From Patiria miniata (Eukaryota), in the NCBI RefSeq assembly GCF_015706575.1, contig NW_024037073.1:20022740-20086739 (forward strand): DNA of 64,000 nt. The letters are read 5' to 3'. Of the stretch, positions 37,030 through 51,607 are shown piece after piece. Position numbers and translations under genes: made by a program. The notes below the pieces were generated by a model. That model saw only the letters and a program-made list of their open reading frames with translations. It was not told where the DNA came from and made no database searches. Each line of letters opens with the position of its first letter. Position 1 is the first letter of the stretch.

Positions 37030-37430
37030 AACGATGCATCTAAAGACGCATTTTTGGAAATTTCTGTTAGTAGTTTTAATTTGGCAAAGTCTAATAGGCA
37101 CGCGGGCAAGCGTTGACACGATGCACACGGGCACGTGGTTGCTATTATACATCAGTGCAGTGTGTGACATCGAAGTAGCTGCAATCGGCTAAATGAGAAC
37201 GTGTCCCGGATGATGATTTCGGGTGTAATTCAAAACACGACTCGGCAACTTGTGAATTGAAATCGAGATCCTAGAATATTGTTTTCCCTCATTTTATAGC
37301 ATGTACTGAGCTGAAACGTCATCAGTTTAGTTGTTAAGTACCCTTCTTTAGATTTTCAGCACTTTGGTTGCTTCAATCGCAAAAAATGCACAAATGTCAA
37401 ATGATGTACTCTACCTATAGGCCATGTGAT
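37030..37430. repeat. Dispersed repeat with a second copy at 48100-48400 (..catttttggaaatttc.gttagtag..ttaat..ggctaaatgagaacg..gtaattcaaaaca.gact.ggcaactt.tgaattgaaa.tcgagatcctagaatattgttttc..)
   Basis: Two copies about 80% identical, seen by direct comparison. Confidence 0.7.
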
Positions 37431-40384
37431 TTTATAGTGTGTAACTTAGATCCCAGCAGTAAAGTCATAAATCAGGATTCTGTAACAACTTGCGCAGAGG
37501 AAACTACCCCTTTTTAGTTTTAGTATTAACTTCCTGATAAACCCACACCATTTCCTTCATCTGTGGCTGAGTCAACTCAATCAGTTTTCCAAAAAATGTT
37601 TAAAGGTGAAAAGTGACATGTCAATAATGCAAACTTGTACATGTACGCAAATTACACATGTTCTTCCACTTTCACTGCTTTGTGTCTGTGATATTAGAGT
37701 TTACACTACTTTGTACATGTAACATGGAAGAGTGAAACCTAGGGATTAATAGATTTGTAATTGTATGCAGTAGACATCGCTATACCTAACACCGCTATAA
37801 CGAACATTCTGCTAAACTGAACATCGTCCGATCCTTGGCCCCTGATTTTTGTCTACAAATCGTACCAAACAGACAAGTGGCTATTATTTTCCCGGAGAAA
37901 GCCACCCATTGCTGTAGGTAGTAAGCTCAAAAACTGTGTAATTACATAATTCAATAGTCGGCACGGCTACAAAGTCGTCTTTCAGTATTAACTACCACTA
38001 CCAGGCATGCAGGGTGAAGTTCTGAAGGGCACTATTTATTGAAAAGTGAGTACCAGAGCACCGGCAGCTTAAAATCGCTATACCGAACAATCGCTATTAC
38101 AAACAATTTCTGTGGATCCCACGATGTTCATTAGCGGCGTTTCACTGTACATGTATTTCAACAATAATCCTATTCCAAATACCACCACTATTCCGTACTG
38201 GCAGTAGACATTTAACTGGTTTTTGTTTGTCATTCAATTTTTGCGTGCACTTGAGACCTATGAAAGCTGACTGACAAACTTGCATCAACGGCTGTTGCCT
38301 GCAAATATCTTTAGCTTCGCTTTATAGCTCTACTCCTCTAGTTCTTGAAGAGCTAGAATTCATTCCTTTTTCCAGTATTCAAGCAGTAGGCCTATTTGCG
38401 ATAAGGCTTATTATGTGCCGCAGACCACATACCGCCTAGCTTAGTCTGAGTAACTAGGACTCGACGAATCGCCTTTTTTAACATTTGGAGACTATCGCCC
38501 GACCATCTTCAAATGATAAAAAAGGCTATTCGTTGAGTCCAAGTTACTCAGGCGATCGTGAAGTATAGGGCCCCTGTTTTGTTTTGATCAAATTAGAGTC
38601 AAAAATGTATTTTATTGCTCAAAATTCACCTTTACAATCAAAAGCAGACTTTTCTCAATTCTAATGACACCCGTTTTGCAATTTTGAACAGATTCTTGGG
38701 GTAGAAATCATGATTTTCCAGCGCGGTTTGTGCCTTGCGATTCAGCGCACCGTGCGTGCTCACGGTACATTGCGCGGTGATTGCCATCTTTACTTTCGGG
38801 TCGCGTGTTGTCACCGCACTGTCATCGTCATTTTACCCCCAAATTTTCCTCAAAAAATCAAAACCATGTCCTCTTTCTAAGACATAGGCCTATCTGTTTT
38901 TGAGAAAGTCGCTTACTACTAGTTTGGTGTTGGTAGACCTGTCCAATAACTTTATTTGGAATTTGCTCCCTTATATAGGAACCGGGCCCTACACTACACT
39001 ATCGCCGTTACTTCCTCCATGCTCGGACCTACTTCTGAAATCAGAAGGCTTCTCTCCCTGATTTCAGAAGTAACTCGGACCATGGCGGAATAAAAACACA
39101 GCTACAGTAAAAGTATCCCCCTGTATGCACGCACACATGCACCTCCAACAGCTGAAGTGCACAAAATCCTGCAGGTCAATCCAGAAAAACAAGCCCTTAA
39201 AACATCCCCAAAAGGTATGTAATGCAACGCAACCAGCTTGGAAATCACGAGAAACATTTATATCTTGAAACTGTCCAGCCATGTACCGTTATTATTGCCT
39301 ATCTAACTTACTAATGTACAACAGAACGGGAAATAACCAGAGTTTCACTTACCCACTTCCGTGAAATATGCCGAACCGATGCAGAAACACCGTGTATTTT
39401 ATGCAGGGGCGTGTTGCAAGGTACTTGTGCAATGGTGGCTACGCACGGACCAATCAGCGTTCAGCACATTAGCTAGACGCCTACCTAGTTACTATTACTA
39501 GCGATTACATCATAATTTTTGCTCCCGGCTTCGGTAAAAAAAAAAAAATCAATATGACTGTACATTGTACCGTACCTGCGGACGTCATCAAATAGAGTGA
39601 AAAAATAGAAGCTCAAACAAAGCAAACTAAAGACTGCTGACCCTTGCAGAAGACGTGACAATAGTTTCGTTTTACACATTCAATATTGACAGAAGTTACT
39701 TTCCGTACCAACGGTAGTTTATACGGGGGAAAAATAAGATAAATATATTGCGGAAACAGCCTTATAATAATAGTATAAGTAGTAAATTATAGGCTAATGC
39801 GGGGAAATTACTACTTAAACAAAAATCGATAGGCCTAAGTGACTGCCCAGCAAGATTTTACAAATGATTTCATTATTTACCTAACACATTTGATCGTCAA
39901 AATTACCGAGAAACATTTTGTATTGAATCACTGACCGTTATTATCCCAGGGATTCAAAGTAGGCCTACAAGTGCAGGCATCGAACAGTACTAGAAATTGT
40001 AATCTCATCTACATGTGGAAATGGTAAATTATAGAAAAACTCAATTCTAGAAAAATCTGAAGATGCTATTTAAGATGTTGATATATTGTGAAAGATAGCC
40101 CAAAAAATGCTGATGTAAGCAAAGTGCCTAGTGAGTCACACTGCTTAACATCGTGCTGTGCAGCCATCATTTCATAGAGTGTCATCATGATCACCCTTCC
40201 TCCATGGTGTCATCAGCACTTTACGATCAACCTATTTATTGGGACGGTCTGATATATGAATCAACATCTAGCATTGTTGTGCAATTATTGTTCACAACTT
40301 AACTTTCTCTTCAAGACTTATCCGCATTCCTTACATTTTGTGACCTGTTAATAGTGATGAGCACAGCGAATTTTTTTTTGGGGG

Positions 40385-40870
40385 GGGGGTTGAAGAATGC
40401 ATATTTTACAGAAACAAAAATTGGGTAATAAACAATATGTCAGCTTTCCCAAATCATGCAGAAAATAAAAAATCTAAAAACAAAACCTACCTAGACACGG
40501 ATGGGGCAAATAGTAATATCACCACAGAACCCGGATGCTATCAAGGGCGGATCCAGAACACAATTTTTTTTGGGGGGGGCCCAAAAAATTTTTGGTCCCC
40601 CAAAAAAGTGGGTCAAAAAAATATTACGGCGTGGGGATCGGGGCCCGCTTAAGGGCCCCGAAAAAAATTTGGATTCTAGATGCTCTGTGGTGCGATCTGA
40701 GGCAATTTCTGACCACTTTAACCAATTTTTTTTTTGAGGAAAAGATGGTGGTGTACTCATTGCCTGCCTTTATTGCGATGTCACATAAAAAAAAAAAAAA
40801 ATTGGTTTCGTTTTTTTGGGGGGGGGGGGCATGGCCCCCTTTGCCCCCCCCCCCCCCCGGATCCGCCCTT
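40385..40870. repeat. Homopolymer-rich foldback-like block: G(10-13) and C(14-16) runs with A/T runs, bounded by the inverted motif caagggcggatcc ... ggatccgcccttg
   Basis: 40535-40547 caagggcggatcc and 40856-40868 ggatccgcccttg are inverted; the interior holds ggggggggcccaaaaaatttttggtcccccaaaaaa and gggggggggggcatggccccctttgcccccccccccccccc. Confidence 0.5.
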
Positions 40871-41799
40871 GGATGCTATTCGTGAACCTTTGATCGAAAA
40901 TAAATTGTCTGAAAATAACATATCTAATTGACATGACAAGGTGAGCTATCTTCATATGATTTTCTAAAAGTTAATTTATTAAAACAAACAGATCAGATAT
41001 ATTTATGATGAAACAAAGGGGCTGGATCAGGAGCCGGGGTCGCCGTAAAAAGATTTCAGTACACGCTCCTTAAAGATAGTTTTCCGTGGTCTTTAAAAAA
41101 AAAAATTCTCCTAAAGAATTTCAATTTGTATGTTCTGTTTTTACGGGGAGGACCTACTTTTTAAAAGGGGCTTATATTTTGCACCCGATTGATATTGAAC
41201 CCGCCCTGCGAGAGCCGTATTGTTGTCACAGGCCGCAAATTAAGTAGATTTTGTAGTTCGATAGAACGAACGTCGGTGGAATTGTTTTCGTTCGATGTCT
41301 GATTCAAAAGTGAATAACTTTAATATTGCTATATAGGAAAACTGAAAAAATGTTTCGGGTTCAAACTTGGTATAACACGGGAAATATGAGATAAGTCAGA
41401 ATAGTCAGAATCAGACTTCACACCCCCTAAAAGAAAAACAGAAAATGGCAACATTGTTTTATTAGGCCTATATATGAGCAATCATTTTCTCCATCACAAT
41501 AGACCGATGCCGTCATATATTATTCCCATTCAAAGAAGGTGTATGTCTAGCTGGGAGGGGGGGGGGGGCAATGCTGCTGGAACCAGGAGCGCAGCATACC
41601 GGGGTTCAACACGGATGGACGGAAATTAGACGCTCACTGGGTAGTTCAGTTCTGTGATTTATTACGCACTACGATCATTTTAACGAGAACTAAAGGCCCC
41701 CCCCCCCCGCTCGAGGTATATGCCCTATGCCCACACCCCATCCCAGTGGCCAAGTGACCCACCGGTTTTAGCATTTTTGGTCATCCCCCTCTCGCCGAC

Positions 41800-43345
41800 A
41801 CGGATGTACGCCACTGCCCTTGGGTGACACTGGGACGACTTTAAGGCAGGTTTTATCCGTGATGACAAAAACATTTCTTTGTGGTGACAACAACATTGGT
41901 TTGTCCTAATATTTTTATAAGCTTATTTAACCTATCCTGAACATTAATTAAAGGAAATTGCAAACCAGTCCGGTAGGTAATGATTGAGTTATTGTTCAAG
42001 CAACGCGTGTGTATTTTCTGTACACTGAGACGGCCTTAAGACAGGTTTTCTCCGTGATTACACAATTTTGTTTGTGACTGCAACATTGGTTTGCCTTAAT
42101 ACTTTATATGCTTATTTAACCTGCACTTAACAATAATTAACGGAAATCCAAAACAGTACAATAATTATTTAATGAGTTATTGTTCAAGCAACGCGTGGGT
42201 TGTTTCTGCGCGTTCAATAGTCGGGAGTATTTTCTGTACACTGGGACGTCTTTAAGGAAATTAAGGCAGGTTTTATCCGTGATGACAAAAAAAGTTCTTT
42301 GTAGTGACTGCACCATTTGTCTGTCCTAATATTGTATAGGCTAATTTTACCTATCCTTAACATTAATTAAAGGAAATTTTAAACCAGTCCGGTAGGTATT
42401 GACTGAGTTGTTGTTCAAGCAACGCGTGGGTTGTTTCTGCGTGTTCAATAGTCGGGAGTATTTCCTGTACACTGGGACGTCTTTAAGGCAGGTTTTGTCC
42501 GTGATTACACAATTATTGTTTTGGGTGACTGCAACATTGATTTGTCTTAATCCATTATAGGCTTATTTGAACTTTACTTAACAATAATTTACGGAAATTT
42601 CAAAACAGTACGATAACTATTTAATGAGTTATTGTTCAAGCAACGCGTGGGCTGTTTCTGCGTGTTCAATAGTCGGGAGTATTTTCTGTACACTGGGACG
42701 ACTTTAAGGCAGGTTTTCTACGTGATTACACAATTATTTCTTTTGGTGACTGCAACTTTAATTTGTCTTAATACCTTATAGGCTAATTTTACCTATCCTC
42801 AACATTAATTAAAGGAAATTTCAAACCAGTCTGGTAGGTATTGATTGAGTTATTGTTCAAGCAACGCGTGGGTTGTTACTGCGTGTTCAATAGTCCGGAG
42901 TATTTTCTGTACACTGGGACGTCTTTACGGCAGATTTTCTCCGTGATTACACAATTATTTCTTTTGGCGACCGCAACATTGATTTGTCTTAATACTTTAA
43001 AGGTTGATTTGACTTATACTTACTAATAATTAACGGAAATTCCCAACCAGTACGACAAGTATTTAATGAGTAAATGTTCAAGCAACGCTTGGTTTGTTCC
43101 TGCGTGTTCAATAGTACGGAATATGTTCTGTACACTGGGACGTCTTTAAGGCAGGTTTTATCCGTGATGACAAAAAAAGTGTTTTGGGGTGATTACAACA
43201 TTGTTTTGTCTTAATACTTTATAAACTTATTTAACCTATACTTAACAATAATTATCGGAAATTCCAAAACAGTACGATAAGAATTTAATGAGTTGTTGTT
43301 CAAGCAACGCGTGGGTTGTTTCTGCGTGTTCAATATCTGCGTGTT
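41800..43345 (+). repeat. About 7 tandem copies of a 210-220-bp unit (..ctgggacgtctttaaggcaggttttatccgtgat.acaa..ttaattaaaggaaatt.caaaccagtccggtaggtattgactgagtt.ttgttcaagcaacgcgtgggttgtttctgcgtgttcaatagtcgggagtattttctgtacact) directly 5' of the Penelope-like ORFs
   Basis: Periodic near-identical units; probably the tandem-repeat 5' region of the retroelement. Confidence 0.8.
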
Positions 43346-43698
43346 CATTATCTACTGTTTTCATCCACAGGTTTTTACTTCCCATTTGTTTTCTCTCCTT
43401 TTTTTGACAGGTCACAATAACTTTTGCTCTCTCCTTTCAATGCCCCTGTTTTTCCCTGTTTGCTTTACTTCTCATCTTGTCATGTCTTTTTCCCCCTTTC
43501 TAACATTTTCTTCCCCTGAGTAATAACCCACAGTTTGCTTCCCTCTGCAGTTTCATTGTATAACATTGTGTTTTTCGAGATCATCTGTTTTCCTTTTCAG
43601 TACACATTTCCTTTTGTATAATAACTCCGTTTTTTTTCTCCAGTTTATTTTGTCAAATTCTGATTGCACTACTCCTCTCCACAGTTTTTCTCCCATGT

Positions 43699-46425
43699 TT
43701 GTTCCCTCCTTCGATCATGTCTAACCAAAGATACGTTCGCTTGTTTCAGGAACTTAGGAAACTTAAAGAGAAAGCACTACATTATTCGTATCATCGAGAC
43801 AACTACAGATTCTACACACTAACCAATTTCATTCCCACAGGTTTGCAGGTTAAATTTGACCCAGCCCTTGGGTCTCTGTCTACCCCACTTCGCAAGCGGT
43901 GGAACAGCACACTCCATAGTACATCTCTCAGCCTCATTCGTATTCTAACAGAACATTGTGATGTTTGTCTCAACAGCTTCAACCAAGATATTTCCTGTCT
44001 TCAAGCAGAACTTAGATCCATCTGCTCAGAAGCTCGTTTTGCGCAATTTACCAGTGAGATCGATACTGGTTTATCTAAACTTGAATCTGTTCTTAATTGC
44101 AGGAGAAATGGTAAGATTGGTCGTCTTGTCGCCAAACAGCAACAGTACAGACAGCGACGTTTCAAGCGTAACATACCCCCTGAGGCTGAGCAGTCAGCCC
44201 CTCCATCCACAGTTATTAACCTCTCATCATCTACCCTTTCAGATTCAGAACACAGCCTGCTCTCCAAGGGACTCAACTTCTGCCCCACTCCCCCCACAGC
44301 CTCAATCAGGTTGAGCTCAGTCAGGACCTCACTGACTATACCGCAGAATTCGCCTTCGTGAATTCTTCCTTGACTCACCATGCACCCATGGATCCAGAGC
44401 CATTTTACTGCAAGAGTAAATGGGCACCACCAAAGAACCGTGTTCCTTCCCTTGAAACTTACATACAGGTTGTTAGTTCACAAATTAATTCAAGCGATCA
44501 TTCCACCCATTGGACTCATGACAACCTCCCTAGAGAAGAACGTGAGGCCCTTAAGACTCTACGAGCACGGAAGGACATCATCATCAAACCAGCTGACAAG
44601 GGCTCTGCTGCTGTTGTCATGGGCCGTCAGCAATACATCGATGAAGCCATGAGACAACTCAACAACCAAACTAACTATAAACCCCTTGACACTGATCCAA
44701 CAGGTACCTTTTCAAAGGAGATTCAACAGACACTGGACGAAATGCATGACCGTGACCACCTCTTCAAGAAAGCTCACAAGTTTCTTTCCCCAGTCGATTG
44801 TAGAACAGCTAGATTTTACCTTCTTCCCAAGGTACATAAACCAGATAACCCAGGGAGACCCATCATATCTGGCAATGGTTCCCCCACTGAGAATATCTCT
44901 TTTTGTTGACCGTTTTCTCAAGCCTCTAGTGCCACAGATTCCATCATATATTCATGACACTCCTGATTTCCTCCGTAAAATCTCAGGTATTCAGAACCAG
45001 GTCCCCAACACAGCTATCATCGGTACTTTTGATGTGTCCTCTTTGTACACCAACATTCCCCAAGATGAAGGGATTGCTGCCTGCTCTTCAGCTTTGGCTA
45101 AGAGCAGTCACGACTCACCGCCCATTTCTGATATAGTATCCCTCATGAACCATGTTCTAACTAAAAACAATTTTTCGTTCATGGGTAAGAATTTCCTACA
45201 GGTACATGGCACCGCTATGGGTACACGGATGGCACCATCAATGGCCTGCCTATTCATGAGCCAACTTGAACAGCGCATGTTGGCGTCAGCCCCGTGCCGT
45301 CCCTGGGTCTGGTGGCGCTATATTGATGACATCTTTTTCATCTGGACCAGTGATGGATCTAGCCTCACAGCATTCATTAATCACATCAATTCCTTCCATA
45401 GGACCATCAAATTCACAACCGAATACTCAACCAAGGATACCCACTTTCTGGATGTCAAGGTTCTAAAGACGGACGATGGTTTGATCACAGATCTCTTAGT
45501 TAAACCCCCAGATAAACACCAATATCTCCACTCAACCAGCTGTCATCCCCGACACTGCAAAACCAGCATAGCCTACAGTCAGGCCCTCAGACTCCGTCGA
45601 ATCTGTTCTAAAGATTCCGATTTTATCCACCACTCACAGGAACTTAAGAAACACCTCGTCTCCCGGGGTCATAGCTCCCTGGCAGTCCATCGAGCAATCC
45701 AGAAAGTCAAGGCTCGCTCCAGGGAGTCAGTACTTTCAAAAAGACCTGTTTAACAACAGAGTTCCAAGGAGAAAGTTCCCTTTGTTGTCACTTTCCACCC
45801 CTCACTTCCCCCCATTTGTACAATAACCAGTTCTAACCATCATATTCTTCACACGTCAGATCGACTTCAACGTGCTGTACAAGAAGAACCCATGGTTGCC
45901 TACAGACGGCCACCCAGTCTCAGGGATCTCATTGTCCGGGCAGAAGTCCCCCCCCCCCCCTTAATGATAATGTTAACCCCCCTTTGCCACAGTGAACTTT
46001 CAGGTGTCCCAACACCTCCAAATGCATCCTCGGTAGACAACACATCAGAGAATCGGACTCCTTCACCAGCCATACCGGTGGTACCACCCATAGGACAAGG
46101 GGTCATGTCACCTGCACCACCACCAATCTAATCTATTTAATATCTTGCAAAGTTTTTGGTGTTCAATATATAGGTGAAACGAGAACTACACTCAAGAGAC
46201 GTTTCTACGGCCACAGATCCACAGTCAACACCCATAAGCTGGATACACCCGTAGGACATCATTTCAATCTTCCTAATCACTCAATTTCTGACATGATTTT
46301 ACAGGGCATTGAGGCACTAGGAAACCACAGAGAGATTGTTCGTCCGAGTAGAGAGAAATTTAATATGGATAAGACGTCTCCAGACCATCCAACCCCATGG
46401 TCTGAACATCCAAGAAGGAAATGAC
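43699..46425 (+). mobile_element. Penelope-like retroelement: reverse transcriptase (..YIDDIFFIW.., ..FLDVKV..KPPDKHQYLHSTSCHP..) followed by a GIY-YIG endonuclease (LIYLISCKVFGVQYIGETRTTLKRRFYGH), with ORFs fragmented over 3 frames
   Basis: Six-frame ORFs 43699..44361, 44358..44909, 44686..45753 and 45892..46131, plus an unlisted frame at 46100-46425 carrying the GIY-YIG motif. Frame breaks coincide with homopolymer runs such as C13 at 45948-45960. Confidence 0.8.
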
Positions 46426-47559
46426 TAATAACTTTTTGTCTTTACCTTCTCCTTTTCACCACAGATAAGCCACCCCCCCCCTCCAGTCTGCCTCATTCAC
46501 CAATTAACTACCTTTCTCTCCCTCTCCTATCATTGACTTTGTCCTTTGTGTTCCCCACCTCTTGTGGTCAACCATCCCCTTCCCCCAATCCCCCTCCTTT
46601 CTGTTCAGCCACCTGCTTTCTCTGTGTATTTTCCTCTGCATCATCTATTTCCACTTGACTTATGTTAAATACATTTTTACAAGATGTACATGCTGAAGAT
46701 AATTTAAGGGGGTGGAGACAGGGCAGGCTGGGGGGGGGGGGGGGGTTCCCTCCATTTTAAGACTTCCTAAAACAGGTTACATGGGCTCAACAGCGCTTGC
46801 TGTAAGTGGTATGTTTGTCTGAATCCCTGTATGAATGCAAAAATGTTGTGTCAGGCAGGCAGGGTAACGACTTGAACCACATCCGTGCCTCCATTCCCAT
46901 GGTTCAAATCAGTGATTTAGTCAAGTCCCTGCAAGTCCATCACAAGTCCTCCAGTCCCAATATAACTCACAAGCTATTCAAATGAGCTTTGACAAAGGCA
47001 TTCCTTTGTTATTGTTCATCCACTGTTACTTGTGCCTGGACTTGTGATGGACTCAAATACATGTTCAATGACAACAGAAATTATTTCAAACGTAAATATA
47101 CGAGTATATATAGTCACTACATGCCAAACCTTGCAAAATTTAAGTCAGCCAAGTACATAATTAAGCACATTTGACGTATACAGTGAAATCTGATAACTCA
47201 AAACAAATGTCAAGTCAAACAAAGTATCCATTCCCTTCAGTATAAGTATAACAATGATATACAACCCTGCTTAACTCAAAACTCTGCTGAAGTCAAATTT
47301 TGAACCTGTTCCCTTGAGGTTTGATTTACCAAGATTGATATTCTGGACCCGCCTCTAATACTGAAGTTTAGAGGTGCCTAAACTTAAAGGGAAAAAAAAC
47401 CTCTGCAGTGAAGCCCAATGTAAAAGCAAAAGATTTGGACAATACACTGATGAATAGTTGAAATAACTTTGAGGAAACAAATTTAACAGCACCACAGCCA
47501 CCTTTGAGAAGTGTGCTTATTTGTTCAACGGGGACACCCATGAGTAGACCTCTGATGCA

Positions 47560-48100
47560 TTTATTATTATTATTATTTATTCATGCCAATTCTATTTCAT
47601 CACATACAAGATGGGCATAGGAGAGGCAAAAGCGATAACAATCACTGTGGTCAAAGACCTGCCAATCCTCATCAAGTTATGTACAGAGTAAAAAAATATA
47701 TATAAAAATACTAATATAAAAAGTATTTGAAGCCAAAAGTTAGAACTTAAAAATATTTAAATATAAAAAGAAAAGGAATTACTGGAAATGAATGAAGATA
47801 ATGTCCGCAATTGAATATGAAATTAAATAAGTTACATGAATAAGCAATTAATGATAAAGACACATTAAATAAGGACATAATAAACACAAATTAATAAATG
47901 AATAAGAGAACAGTAGGTAAGTGTACAATCAATGTAATGAAAATCTAAAGGGTGATTGGCAAACCGGAGGCTGAAATAGTACTTAAAATGAGAAGAGACC
48001 TGCTGCTCCTCATCGAGGTATGAGAAAAGTAAATAAATAAATATAAATAAGAATATATAAAAAATAAAAATAATAGAACATATGAACATTTCGGGAAAAA
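47560..48100. repeat. AT-rich low-complexity tract (aataaat/aaatata repeats)
   Basis: Direct reading. Confidence 0.6.
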
Positions 48101-51100
48101 AAATATGCATTTTTGGAAATTTCAGTTAGTAGGTTGTTTTTAATTCAGCGGAGCTGCAATTGGCTGAATGAGAACGCCTCCTGGACGCTGACTTTAGATG
48201 TAATTCAAAACATGACTTGGCAACTTTTGAATTGAAAATCGAGATCCTAGAATATTGTTTTCTCGGAATACACAGCATTCACCGAGCTAAAACTTCATCA
48301 CGTTCGTTAAGCAACCATCTTTAGATTTTGAACACTTTTGACGGTTGAAATAGAAAAAATCCACAAATGACGAATGATATACTCTACCTTTAATAAATTA
48401 ACATAACAAAACACACCTTAAAGATAGCTGCTAATGCAATCAGTCTATCCACAATGTTATACTCAAACCTTCAACCGATAGACCTCGTGCGTTAAGGCAG
48501 AGTCAGAGGGCCATGGTTTGCATCGCTAGAATAGACGCGAGTAAACCTTTTGTGCATCCATTTTTATAAATTAAAATTTACAAAGAATACCCTCTGTGGA
48601 ACATTCAAAGCAAAAGGTCTATGTGGCTCGGCCTGGCAAACCATTCGTCAATATTGGTGATATTATAACCAATTCAACATATTATTTGAGGCTTGATCCA
48701 ATGCATTTGATTTGTATATAAAGAGTAGAATGCAAAATTTAACAGACGGAAACTTGATGTTTACCTCAATACCTCCGGGTTCAACCACGAGTTAATGCTT
48801 ATTTTATTTTACATTCTTCCCTTCTCATTTAGGAAAAATGCTATCATCATTGGTTTAGGAATAAATACATAATCCTCTTTTCCATTATACGGTGAGGTAA
48901 CGCAACATTTGTTGAGAAATTCATTTCCAGAAAAATTTCAATCACTACTTTTTGGCAACACATTTTCTGTTTGCAAAACTTTTGTTCCCTGTATTTAAAA
49001 TCCCTAACACAATTTAAAAGCAAACACTCAACTTTAATACACAAATAATTTGGAAAACAAAATTAGTCTGCCACGCGACACAAATCATCTTACTAAAAAA
49101 AGGACGTAAAAGAAACCACCAGTGAACAACATCCAAAGAAAAGAAAAGAATAGAAAACATTCATCACGTGCAATCAAGAGATTTAGAGGGCAGGTATTTA
49201 AGCAAGACGGTTTGCTCAATGCTGTGCTAGTCGCAACTTGCAAGCCAAAAGCAAGTTTTGCAATGAATTACGCACACAAGTAAAGTCCCGTGTGGAATTG
49301 TAACTGTTTGGGGTTTGTTTTTTTTGTTCGCAGCTGTGAACCTCGGATGTTCCCACTTGGTTTTTCTAGACAAGGTGAGAATTGTATTTTTTCTTTGCAA
49401 TCAAAATCCATGTCATAAAGTCTGCTCACGGCACTTTGAGGTATGATGTGATTTTGCGGCTTCATTTTAACCTCAGAAACTGCAGTTGATGTCGACGAGG
49501 TTCAGGCTTTGAGGTTGAGGTATTGAGGTTCAAAGTGCAAGAGGTTTCATGAAGGTTTTTTTTTAACATAAATTTTCTAACGAAATTACCCAAAAATTCT
49601 CAAAAAATACACAAGTCCGTAGTGAGTGGTGGCCATGTTTGCATCTCCATGATCCCGTTACTGTGCCAACCACCGGTTTTGGCAGATCTTACGTAATCAC
49701 TTCGATAGTGAATATAGAAACACCACATTTAAAGGCAATTTCCTAAAACTTGACATTTCCACCATTATTCACTGCAAGCAGATATGCTCTCAGGCCAAAA
49801 TTGTGTTAACTAGAACAGAAAATTGTGTTAACCTTTTAAGCACTCTTTCACAGCGTGGATGTGCTAACGGTTGCAAACACATGGGGATTCCTATTGTTAC
49901 ATCACTAATTTACGCAATTGTTTTTAATTGAGATCAGCAAGCTTTTTGCTGTGATTACTGCTCAATGTCTTTGTGAAATAGATGCAAGCTCTGTTAGAAG
50001 AACATTGTGAGCTTAGCACTGCCATGGAATTGGGACTGCAGTGTTCTCCAACTTTGAAAATTAAAGGTCGGTGCGCCGTCAAAAAGCGGAGGGGGCGCTA
50101 TTTGCAGTCATACAATTCTTTATGCTAGGGGCACTATTTGCAGATGAATATGTAATTTATGTATGGATAACAGCTTTTAGGCCATTTCTAACACAGTAAC
50201 AGTTAAGTACAATACTGGCTCAGCATCATCTTTTTTTAATACATCAGTGACAAGGGACTCTGAGGCAGTTTGGCCTTGAGACTTTTGACCTGATGGATTG
50301 CTACAATGGGCAGGCTTGTCATTTTGACAAGTCTTGCATGTTACTGCTTTTGGCCGAGTTTCTGGCCAAAATATACCCTGGAAGGTAAGGGTTGTCCCAC
50401 TTGTTTGTCTTTTTTATTATTTTTATCATTTTTTAAAGCATGCCCGCAATTTTTGAAGGTTGGCGGCAACTTTTGAAGCTTGACGGGTACCTCAGAAAGC
50501 ATGGCGGGGCACCAGGTTATTTTTACAGGTTGGAGAACACTGGGACTGATCTCTGCCTTTTTGTTTCCATTGGGGACTGGGTTGAGATGTTGGATAATGA
50601 GGGACGTGAACCAGTCACCATCTTAACATGCAAGTGTACTGGTAGGATCCGATTATTGACTGCTGTTGCTCTAAGGGTTCAGAATGTGGCTGCATATTAA
50701 CTGTTCCCTCCGTGTTTTAGGGTCTCTTTACCCATGTTTATCATTTTCTACAGACAGGAAAATGAACATCGACTGTTGTTCTTGTAAGGGTTGTGGTTAT
50801 ATGTGAACAATACAGGGTCGTGCTAAAAGAAGGAAACCCACTTTTGACAGGAATTTTAACTTACTTGACTTATTTGAACTGTTTTTGTATAATGCCGTGA
50901 GGCATAGCTCTCCAACCATTGGGGTGAACAAAATCTTTTTAAAAAAAAAAATCGCAAGAATAGTGTTATTATGTTAATTTGAATACAAGTCACCAAAATC
51001 ACTGTTGTCCACGTGTAAGTCTAGTGTGTGTTTTGTCTTCAACTCAAGCTCCGGAGCTCAGTCAGATCCAGCAGATGGATATAGCCGTCCATACACAAAC

Positions 51101-51607
51101 AGGTTTGGCACATGAAATTTTTAAACTACCATATCTCAGAGACAAAATATGCATTGGCAATCATTTTTTTGGTCACTTACTCAATATTTTAATACCATTA
51201 AATTGAATTTTTGAAATATGCTCAGCAAGTGGGTGAAAATTGCTGTCAAAAATGGGTTTCCTTCTTTTTTGCATCACCCTCTATACTGTCACATTTACTC
51301 CTTTGATGGATTGGAAGGTTTGCGTAATCTCATTGCATATGGAGAGGCCCTGACTGGTGCTGCCGTGGTGGGTGGCTGCTGTTGTTTAGACTGTGCTGCT
51401 TGCTGTTGAGGCTCAGGTGATTAGGCAGGTGGATGCGTATCAGGTTTTTTGACGGCTGTGGCTGTGGCTGTGGCTGTGGGCAGGACAACAGTTGGTGACT
51501 CGGTTTTTACCACTACTGGGGCTTGTTCCCTAACTGGTGGAGTAGCTTGGGGCTGTGGCTGGGGCTGTGGTACAGACTGCGACTGTGGCTTGGCTTCAGT
51601 CTGTGGC

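Noticed and set aside
50440-50700. 86-aa plus-strand ORF (MPAIFEGWRQLLKLDGYLRKHGGAPGYFYRLENTGTDL..)
   Set aside because: No recognisable family and no splice context; retained only as an unverified ORF
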